From NCBI GenBank assembly GCA_030141605.1, contig JAQGDQ010000385.1, positions 157,905 to 221,904 of the forward strand: DNA of 64,000 nt. The letters run 5' to 3'. A model generated the notes under the pieces. That model had not been told where the DNA came from, made no database searches, and saw nothing but the letters and a program-made list of their open reading frames with translations. This document shows positions 1 to 64,000 of this stretch, one piece after another. The stretch's first letter is position 1. Each line of letters starts with the position of its first letter. This stretch comes from Tubiluchus corallicola. Taxonomy: Eukaryota; Animalia; Priapulida. A program made the translations under genes and the position numbers.

Positions 1-1810
1 TGAAAACTTTTCCTTAGCCACTTTATGAAAATGACATTATGAAAACTTTGCCTTTGTCACTTTATGAAAATCGCAATATGAAAACTTTGCCTTAGCCACT
101 TTATGAAAATCACATTATGAAAACTTTGCCTTTGTCACTTTATGAAAATCACATTATGAAAACTTTGCCTTTGCCACTTTATGAAAATCACATTATGAAA
201 ACTTTGCCTTAGTCACTTTATGAAAATCACATTATGAAAACTTTGCCTTTGTCACTTTATGAAAATCACATTATGAAAACTTTGCCTTAGCCACTTTATG
301 AAAATCACAATATGAAAACTTTGCCTTTGTCACTTTATGAAAATCACATTATGAAAACTTTGCCTTTGTCACTTTATGAAAATCACATATGAAAACTTTG
401 CCTTAGCTTGCACTTTATGAAAATCACATTATGAAAACTTTGCCTTAGCCACTTTATGAAAATTTTTGCCTTAGTCACTTTATGAAAATCACATTATGAA
501 AACTTTGCCTTAGCCACTTTATGAAAATCACATTATGAAAACTTTGCCTTTGTCACTTTATGAAAATCACATTATGAAACTTTTTGCACATGAAAACTTT
601 GCCTTTGTCACTTTATGAAAATCACATTATGAAAACTTTGCCTTAGCCACTTTATGAAAATCACATTATGAAAACTTTGCCTTTGTCACTTTATGAAAAT
701 CACATTATGAAAACTTTGCCTTAGCCACTTTATGAAAATCACATTATGAAAACTTTGCCTTTGTCACTTTATGAAAATCACATTATGAAAACTTTGCTTT
801 AGTCACTTTATGAAAATCACATTATGAAAACTTTGCCTTAGTCACTTTATGAAAATCACATTATGAAAACTTTGCCTTTGTCACTTTATGAAAATCACAT
901 TATGAAAACTTTGCCTTAGTCACTTTATGAAAATCACATTATGACATTTGCCTTTGTCACTTTATGAAAATCCATTATGAAAACTTTGCCTTTGTCACTT
1001 TATGAAAATCACATTATGAAAACTTTGCCTTAGTCACTTTATGAAAATCACATTATGACAGTTTTGCCTTTGTCACTTTATGAAAATCGCATTATGAAAA
1101 CTTTGCCTTTGTCACTTTATGAAAATCACATTATGAAAACTTTGCCTTAGTCACTTTATGAAAATCACATTATGACAGTTTTGCCTTTGTCACTTTATGA
1201 AAATCGCATTATGAAAACTTTGCCTTTGTCACTTTATGAAAATCACATTATGAAAACTTTGCCTTAGTCACTTTATGAAAATCACATTATGACAGTTTTG
1301 CCTTTGTCACTTTATGAAAATCGCATTATGAAAACTTTGCCTTTGTCACTTTATGAAAATCACATTATGAAAACTTTGCCTTAGCCACTTTATGAAAATC
1401 ACATTATGAAAACTTTGCCTTAGCCACTTTATGAAAATCACATTATGAAAACTTTGCCTTTGTCACTTTATGAAAATCACATTATGAAAACTTTGCCTTA
1501 GTCACTTTATGAAAATCACATTATGACAGTTTTGCCTTTGTCACTTTATGAAAATCGCATTATGAAAACTTTGCCTTTGTCACTTTATGAAAATCACATT
1601 ATGAAAACTTTGCCTTAGTCACTTTATGAAAATCACATTATGAAAACTTTGCCTTAGTCACTTTATGAAAATCGCATTATGAAAACTTTGCCTTTGTCAC
1701 TTTATGAAAATCACATTATGAAAACTTTGCCTTAGTCACTTTATGAAAATCACATTATGACAGTTTTGCCTTTGTCACTTTATGAAAATCACATTATGAA
1801 AACTTTGCCA
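1..1810. repeat. 39-bp minisatellite (ATGAAAACTTTGCCTTTGTCACTTTATGAAAATCACATT), >45 copies, in NOL11 intron
   Basis: Directly visible; variant GACAGTTTT recurs at 117-bp (3-unit) spacing around 1057-1291. Confidence 0.97.
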
Positions 1811-1938
1811 AATGAAAGTCTTGTTTTAATTTCCTGTCTGCAAGTCATATGTCGTGTCGGCTAGTCAGCTCATATTCCTGTCTATTTTTCTTCTCACTTA
1901 GTGACGTGTTTCGTCAAGGGATTTATATTTGATTATAG

Positions 1939-2046
1939 ATATGCAGTTGGAGCAGTGCAGTATTAGACTCAAACTTTAGTCGTCTTGCCATGAAACCAGA
2001 AGTTTACCCGCTTCTGCATCAAATGCGGGGTTATATAGCTAACCAG
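1939..2046 (+). CDS. NOL11: NOL11 penultimate exon
   Basis: 108 nt, AG/GT bounded, ICSWSSAVLDSNF...IANQ. Confidence 0.8.
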
Positions 2047-3432
2047 GTTTGTGAATTTATTATGTTAATGTTAACGGTCTTGTTAGTACACAGTATAATC
2101 TGCTTATAACTAGTTTCAAGGGAATATGTAAATCTCCTTACTATAACCAAGATTCGTTATAGTCGAAGTCAACTGACGCCAAGCATATTGGTCAATCATT
2201 CCGTCTCCACTGTGACATAAGCATGCTTATTGGTGTTCATTCAGGACATGCCACCGGATAACAGCTCTCTCTAGTGAACAATATGACAACTAATGTGTAA
2301 TCAGCAGATAAAGTGATTGTACTTTTTCATTTACATAAATTTACAAGGCCACTGTTATTTTTATACAAAATTAAAACTTCAAGAAGCCAAAAATGACTTT
2401 ACAGTTTAAAGCGGAATGATGTAGCAACAAGGTTTCTAAGAACTACAAAATGCATTAAGATGAGTTCCTAGTCGGGTCGTTATTATAAAAGAACTAAGTC
2501 AATAAACCCCGCTTTAAGATAAATGGGCAACAAAATATGTTTACGAGTCTCTCTTGCCTTTGAATACATGAACATATCATACCTGCGATGTATTTTTTCT
2601 ATATTTATCTGATTATTTGATCATCTGCAAGCTTTTATCTCACATTTTGTATTTTTCCAACTGTTTGTTAGGCTACCGAAATGGAATAAATTTGATTGTT
2701 TTATCCCATAGACAATCTTGCCTCAGTAATAATAACATAAGTCCCAATGGCATCTTTTAACCATGATAATAACCAAAAAAGTGTAAATTTTTTTATTTCA
2801 GGATACTAATATTACATTATATATAATGTAAATTTTAATCTTGTTAGGTTAAATTGTCCTTTTTTAAAGTTATCAAACAGTTATCTTTATCAAGCTTGCA
2901 AGATCATTACTAAGGTGATTTCTGTTAATAGGGCTTTTTCATAAACATAAATGCAGTAACAAAATTTCACTACGCAAGGCCAAAAAATTGTTGTTAAAAT
3001 GATACGTGCGTCGTTAAGTGAATAAAATGTGTCAAAAGATCAGCGTCATACTCAAATTACTTTCACTGAGCAAAATATAACTAATTTAGAGGCGTCATAT
3101 TTGCTGTTTTGCATTAGAAATAACATTAGGAGTTAATAGAATTGTACTTCATGGATAAAACGAAATGCTTAACACAAAATATATCTGGGTTCTGTGAAAT
3201 TCATATTACTAGCATTCGACTGTAAATGGTTTCGACAACCTACAACTATCTATATTCATATAACATGTTTGTTAATACAAGCATTTCACATTATTTTTGC
3301 TTTTTGCAGGTGGCTTTCTTTAACGACTTGAAGGGTTTGGAAGCCATGATGTATCAGTTACGTGATCAGTGCATTTTAAACCAAGACACGTTTGTTGGTC
3401 TTTACTGTATAGAAATTTTACATATAGAATAA
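1939..3432 (+). CDS. NOL11: Nucleolar protein 11, 3' end (last two coding exons; gene starts upstream of window)
   Basis: Exons 1939-2046 and 3310-3432 join in phase 0 (tag|ATA..CAG|gtttgt; cag|GTG..TAA). They give ICSWSSAVLDSNFSRLAMKPEVYPLLHQMRGYIANQVAFFNDLKGLEAMMYQLRDQCILNQDTFVGLYCIEILHIE*, matching my recollection of the NOL11 C-terminus (W..LLDANF..M.PE...GLYSIEVL). Confidence 0.8.
3310..3432 (+). CDS. NOL11: NOL11 terminal exon
   Basis: ttttttgcag acceptor; VAFFNDLK...GLYCIEILHIE-stop, AATAAA overlapping the stop. Confidence 0.8.
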   Translation: MAFFNDLKGLEAMMYQLRDQCILNQDTFVGLYCIEILHIE

Positions 3433-3486
3433 ATGATTTAGCTTTTACGATTATACAATGAATTGTTGGTTTTCGACTCGAGATCG

Positions 3487-4243
3487 GTAGGGGCGTGCGG
3501 GCCGCACTGGGTGACAACATCCTGGGGGTGACACCAAAAACATATTTCCTTTTTTTCGCAGGGGTAGGCTAAACTGTGATGGATTATATATACCTGTACT
3601 TTTACCAAACCTACTCTGGCATGTGACATAAAATGATTTCTCGTGATCTGTGTTTCTGTGACGTCATGTGAAAGAAGCTTTTCCAAGCTTAAACTAATCA
3701 AAAACTTCTTGCGATTCACAATGAGGCAGTTAAGGCTATTTGATCTTGTGGTTTCACCAGTTGAAAGTGACTTGGCAGTTGATTTTAATGAAGTAATTGA
3801 CAAGTTTTCAGTAGTGAAGTCCAGGCAAAGAAAATTCTGATTGTTGGCATATAATTAGTAAATACAGAATTGTTTGTGTTTTAATGCTAGTTTCTTATGA
3901 TATTTCAACTAAGTCGTGTATTTTTATATGATAAAAAGTGTTACTTCAACGTTTATATATATCTCATATAAAAAATTAAAAAATATATAAAAAATATTAA
4001 CATTTTAAAATAAACATTGTCAATGTACTAACATGTTCTTAACACTTTAACTCAGTAGAATGGAAAACAAAATGATCTTGTCTAGATGATGTTTCTCCTA
4101 ATCACCAGGTAGCAAGTGCTCTAGCTACCTACATAAGATATTATTAAAGGATTTTGTATGATACAGTATATGAGCTGCAATACACAGGTGACACCAACCC
4201 TAGCGACGCCCCGGGTGACACCAATCCTAGCGACTTCCCCGGG
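3487..4243 (+). mobile_element. hAT deletion derivative carrying transposase C-terminal (dimerisation-domain) remnant
   Basis: ORF 3643-3840 VSVTSCERSFSKLKLIKNFLRFTMRQLRL...DFNEVIDKF is the typical hAT C-terminal motif; GC-rich ends with repeated GGTGACACC subterminal motif. Confidence 0.75.
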
Positions 4244-4468
4244 CAATTGCTAATTGATGAACATTAATGATATTCAAACCAAGTAATTAACCGAGCACGG
4301 ACCCATAAGTTGAAGACATATATTAGAACACACACAAGGCAAGTTGTGAATAATCAAATATAAAAAAGAAATAACAAGAGTACGTTCTCAACAGTATCAA
4401 AAATATTCTTATATTTTGCATCTTGGCCCAGCAACATTTTCACATTACATCATTGGCAACAGTAACCA

Positions 4469-4645
4469 CGTGTACAGTAAAGAGTACAAAGTTGCTGAAT
4501 TCATTTATAAATGTGTACAGTAAGGAGTACAAAGTTGCTGAATTCATTTATAAATGTGTACAGTAAGGAGTACAAAGTTGCTGAATTCATTCATAAATGT
4601 GTACAGTAAGGAATACAAAGTTGCTGAATTCATTCATAAATGTAC
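4469..4645. repeat. 43-bp tandem repeat x4
   Basis: TGTGTACAGTAAGGAGTACAAAGTTGCTGAATTCATTTATAAA repeated. Confidence 0.95.
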
Positions 4646-4819
4646 TCAGTAGAGGGCAAACTGCTTGCAAAATTCAATGTAAATGTTTATCTGGACTAAG
4701 ATTAGTTACTGTTGGTTCATAAAGTGCATTAAAGGTCCAGGAATACTGAAACGTAGTGACACGATAAGAACGATCTACTCCATAGACATCATCTGCTGTT
4801 CCAGTAAATACGGCTTATT

Positions 4820-5430
4820 AACATGTTTATTGAGTGACGATTGATCAGGGTGCTGTAGCCATTATCAAACTATTAATCGCTCCAAAAAAGAATAAACAAT
4901 ACATTAATGATACAGAGGCACAAACTGAAACTGCAAAACAACAGATTAGAATTTAACTTGTATAAATGAACGAGGTTGTAACGGAGGAAATGGCAGAAAA
5001 TATAAAACAGAAGAAATTGTAGAGAAATGTAAAAATTTTACCTAACACATGAGAAGTATGAAAGAACACAACATAGTGAACAATTAGTCCAAGTTTACTT
5101 AATGAAGAAACACAGCAGTAAACATTATAAGAATAAAACACAACTTCTACATTTTGCGCAATTTATAAGTGGGAACTACAATAAGGGAAACCAGCAACAT
5201 GTGAACGTGACACAGAGACGAAATCCACCAGGACCATTACAGAACCAGAAGATAGTCAAACAAATTTTTTTATATTTCTATGCAACTTCTCCCTCATTCA
5301 TTCTAGAGTGTTGTTTTGTAATTTCAATTTGTGCCTTTGTATCATTAACATAGTATTTATTCTTTTTTGGCTTCATAGTTTGATTATGGCTGCAGTAGAC
5401 GAAATGATTGTCGCTCAGTAAACATCGTGA
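4820..5430. mobile_element. Fold-back/MITE-like element with ~120-bp imperfect inverted arms
   Basis: 4820-4945 is the reverse complement of ~5305-5430 (e.g. ccaaaaaagaataaa / tttattcttttttgg; aatgatacagaggcacaaa / tttgtgcctttgtatcatt). Confidence 0.65.
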
Positions 5431-6036
5431 TTCCTAAATACGTTGGCTCTTTCATGTATTAAAAGCTTATTAAACCTCTATTCCAGTTCAAAACTAAAAC
5501 TTGAAACTGAATATGTGATTTCATCAGCAATTATTAGTGACGTGACACGTATTAAACTCGTACAAATCCACATTTATACAATACAAGAACCAGTGACAGT
5601 ATCACAGTAACTATAGTACTTCATTGTCTAATTTGGCTAAGTTCGGAGATATGCTATAAGCTTCTAATATCACAGTATTACTTACACTCACTGAACTGAC
5701 TGCACCATTGGAAATGTGCTAACCTACGGACATATTAAATAATTACAATTACGATTTGCATTAAAATCTGGGTGCTAGCAAATAATAACTTTTGCAAAAT
5801 AAAATCAACAGTTACATACATCACTTGGGACTTAAATTAACAAAAATAACAACACAAGTGCACTTGTAGGCTCCAAAGGCTTTGATAAGTAAAATTACTC
5901 AATGACGGAGTAAAATTAAATCAGGAAATTAAGCAAGGTTAATACAGCGTGTAATGACCATGGCATCATCACGCTTATCTACAAACTCTATTGTAAATCT
6001 CGTAGGAATATGCAAAAACCACTTCTATTAAGCTAG

Positions 6037-6391
6037 TAGGGATGAGCATTGGACGTTCGAATAAGTTTTTTTAGCTCAAACTCAATTCAAACCTAAAATC
6101 ATGGATTCAAATTATTCGCCATTGCAACTACAACAGGTCTTTATCAATAAGAACATTCGAAACATCGTGTAATTGACATAACTTAGCTGTAATTTCACTA
6201 GACAAGTTTTAAACAAATTATTAGCGTTTTTACTGCAGAACAAAATCAAGCAATATGCATGAGCTTTGTGAGACGGCTTTTTATTAGTGATGCGAAAATC
6301 CGGTATCAAAAATGCCAAAATTCGGCCGGATTCGAATTTGAAACTCAAATTCTACACGAATACGCTTTCTGATAGAAAAAGCTCACCACTA
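6037..6391. mobile_element. Probable hAT-like MITE
   Basis: Ends TAGGGATGAGC ... GCTCACCACTA are imperfectly inverted; no convincing TSD. Confidence 0.4.
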
Positions 6392-6590
6392 GTAGCCAAT
6401 ACCTTATTTAACTTACATACTTACACACTGTCACAGAGTTTGTGATTGCAAAATTATAACAAACCAGCATTGCATAGATTCTGTATATCTTATTCCCTGC
6501 ATTCCTGACCAACACTGCATTATTGCAGATATGTAGTCATCACATTTTCAGCAGAAGATCATACATTAATTATTACAACAAAATCGAACG

Positions 6591-15832
<9,242 letters not shown>

Positions 15833-15906
15833 GATCCTTGAGTCTATAAAATAAATTAAATTTTAGGAGGAAAATTAACAAAAACCCGCTACCACCTCGA
15901 CCTTAC

Positions 15907-16300
15907 GCAATAAAAAGACGGGATTGGTGCATCACACAGTTTAGGCTTCTACCTCCTCTTAAAATAGTCCTAAAGTGAATTTCATTTATTTTTTTGTTTT
16001 TAAAATAAAATTGCACTGTGCCAATATTAATTACTGGACTTTTCTAAACAACTTGTAAGGCCAGAATTTTGCCTAGCTATATTATGTTACTTTATTTTTC
16101 ATTCTGTTTTTGCTCATTAATTTAATGTGACGTCTTCAGAGCTCAGGTCACGTGCTTGGGCTAGCAGTCAGATTGCACGGCATGTACGCATGCCCCGCGT
16201 TGTTAGTTACTGCATGTGTACCAGTTTCGTTGACCTGTGTTGCAGTTTAAAATTAGAATTTTAAATTATACATAAATTTATATGGTATTCTAATAATTAT
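15907..16300. promoter_or_regulatory. Putative bidirectional promoter PRELID3/HYDIN
   Basis: Divergent start codons 1.2 kb apart; locally GC-richer patch with TGACGTC (16128), GTCACGTG (16147) and NRF1-like TACGCATGC (~16185). Confidence 0.5.
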
Positions 16301-17052
16301 GATAAAAACATTTACGTTGTGTTATACGAAAATAAATTGTGAAGACAAACATTAACTAAGTGGTGAAAATTATATTCTCTAGTGAGGTAATTACAAACTT
16401 AAAATAGGCCCTTTCATCTAGTACTAGGTTTAGGGTTTGTAGATAATGTCTTACTGTGATAAAGTTATTTAAAAAAAACTATGCTCAGTCATGCCAGCAT
16501 TCGGATATAATGTTCGTCAGTACTTCAGTATTTTGATTTCTTTCTTCTTTGGGCAAGGTGTTGATAATTACTGTTGAATAACGTGGTGTTTATGCAACAT
16601 GCGGATGCGGATGAATTATAGGGGGGTACGGAATAGATAAAATCGGTTTATATTGTTTTCAGTGCAGCCTGTGTATGCATTATTCTTTTTCTGCAACCAT
16701 TCCTATTGATTTTTTTCTGCAGGCTGTTCCGCAGGTGGAAAACCCATGCTCATCCATAAAGAAAATAAGCTTTAGGTACTTGTCTTCTGCAACATTACAT
16801 TACATATCCAATACTGATTAACAGGATTGGCAGTTATCTGTCATAGTAGTCAACAGTTTTAGTTACAGTTAGCTCGATTAAGCTCGTTAATTTATATGCA
16901 TTATTAGTGTCATTGTGTCATGATTACCGTGATACTGGTTACTGACAGGTAATCTTCTAATTTAAAGTATTGCCATTACAGTAATATTTATTTTCTAGAT
17001 TGTGATGTCAGGTATCAGCAAATTATAATCCAGAAATTTTTGGACTGGCTAA

Positions 17053-63010
<45,958 letters not shown>

Positions 63011-63331
63011 GTAAAAACTTTCTCGTTTGTTTTTGTTTGTTTAATCACGGTCATTAGCTTAAAAATAAGATGCTGTTCTTCTGAGGTTTCCCATGGTCAT
63101 AATCGTATAAGATGTTAAAATGTCCATAAATCTTAAAAATTCTTTATTCTGTCTTCAGAAACTTTTGTCCTCTTGGACTTCATTAGCTGCATAGAAGGAT
63201 ACAATAATAAAAAAAATACAAATAAAACTACATATAAAATAAAAGTGTAAAATATCAGTAAAATGAAGGATACAGGAAGCATGAAGAGGCTGAATTAAAA
63301 AGTAAATGTTGTTAAAAAAGCAAAAGAGTAG

Positions 63332-63808
63332 TGTTACTCTGTCATTTTATGCTGTTACTCGTTGTTTTGTGCTGTTACTCATCGTTTTGTGCTGTTACTC
63401 GTTGTTTTGTGCTGTTACTCATTCTTTTGTACTGTTACTCTGTTATTTTGTGCTGTTATTCGTTGTTTTGTGTTATTATTCATTGTTTTGTGCTGTTAGT
63501 CATCGTTTTGTGCTGTTACTCGTTGTTTTGTGCTGTTACTCATTGTTTTGTACTGTTACTCTGTTATTTTGTGCTGTTATTCGTTGTTTTGTGTTATTAT
63601 TCATTGTTTTGTGCTGTTAGTCATCGTTTTGTGCTGTTACTCGTTGTTTTGTGCTGTTACTCATTGTTTTGTACTGTTACTCTGTCATTTTATGCTGTTA
63701 TTCGTTGTTTTGTGCAGTTACTCATTGTTTTGTACTGTTACTCTGTCATTTTATGCTGTTACTCATTGTTTTGTACTGTTACTCTGTCATTTTATGCTGT
63801 TACTCATT
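63332..63808. repeat. 20-22-bp minisatellite (GTTTTGTGCTGTTACTCATT)
   Basis: Directly visible. Confidence 0.93.
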
Positions 63809-64000
63809 GTTTGTGGCCAATGCAATACCTACGACACATTGTTTGTGGCCAATGCGGTACCTACAACACATTGTTTGTAGCCCAATGCGGTACCTACGAC
63901 ACATTGTTTGGCCAATGCAATACCTACGACATTGTCTGTGACCAATGCAATACCTACGACACATTGTTTGTGGCCAATGCAATACCTACGACACAATGGC
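63805..64000 (-). repeat. 32-bp minisatellite family, array 3 (inverted)
   Basis: CATTGTTTGTGGCCAATGCAATACCTACGACA = reverse complement of 54388 unit. Confidence 0.95.

Noticed and set aside
15833-15860. Unpaired acceptor before PRELID3 ATG as a trans-splice site
   Set aside because: A good GTAAGG donor lies 63 nt upstream, so an ordinary cis 5'-UTR intron explains it.

Overview
AT-rich, intron-rich animal genomic DNA (probably an invertebrate; species cannot be determined from the sequence). By hand-splicing at GT-AG boundaries I recover three protein-coding genes. (1) The last two exons of NOL11 (+, ends at 3432). (2) A complete six-exon PRELID3/slowmo gene (-, 15832..6591, 225 aa). (3) Head-to-head with it, the first 33 coding exons of HYDIN (+, from 17053, about 1743 codons, running off the window end). 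Introns are packed with minisatellites, microsatellites, several MITE families (hAT-like with 8-bp and apparently 6-bp TSDs, pogo/Tc1-like, piggyBac-like), a hAT transposase remnant and a CR1/L2-type RT remnant. Most long ORFs in the supplied track are artefacts of tandem repeats. The most striking observation is that HYDIN exon/intron junctions have repeatedly been tandem-amplified. There is a 24-copy array of a 3' splice site (29.4-30.6 kb), an array of about 28 copies of a 5' splice site (58.1-59.6 kb), and three smaller cases. In both large arrays each unit reads GT...CTAAY...CAG, i.e. a concatemer of mini-intron-like units joined by AG|GT. This suggests removal by recursive splicing (hypothesis, needs RNA data).
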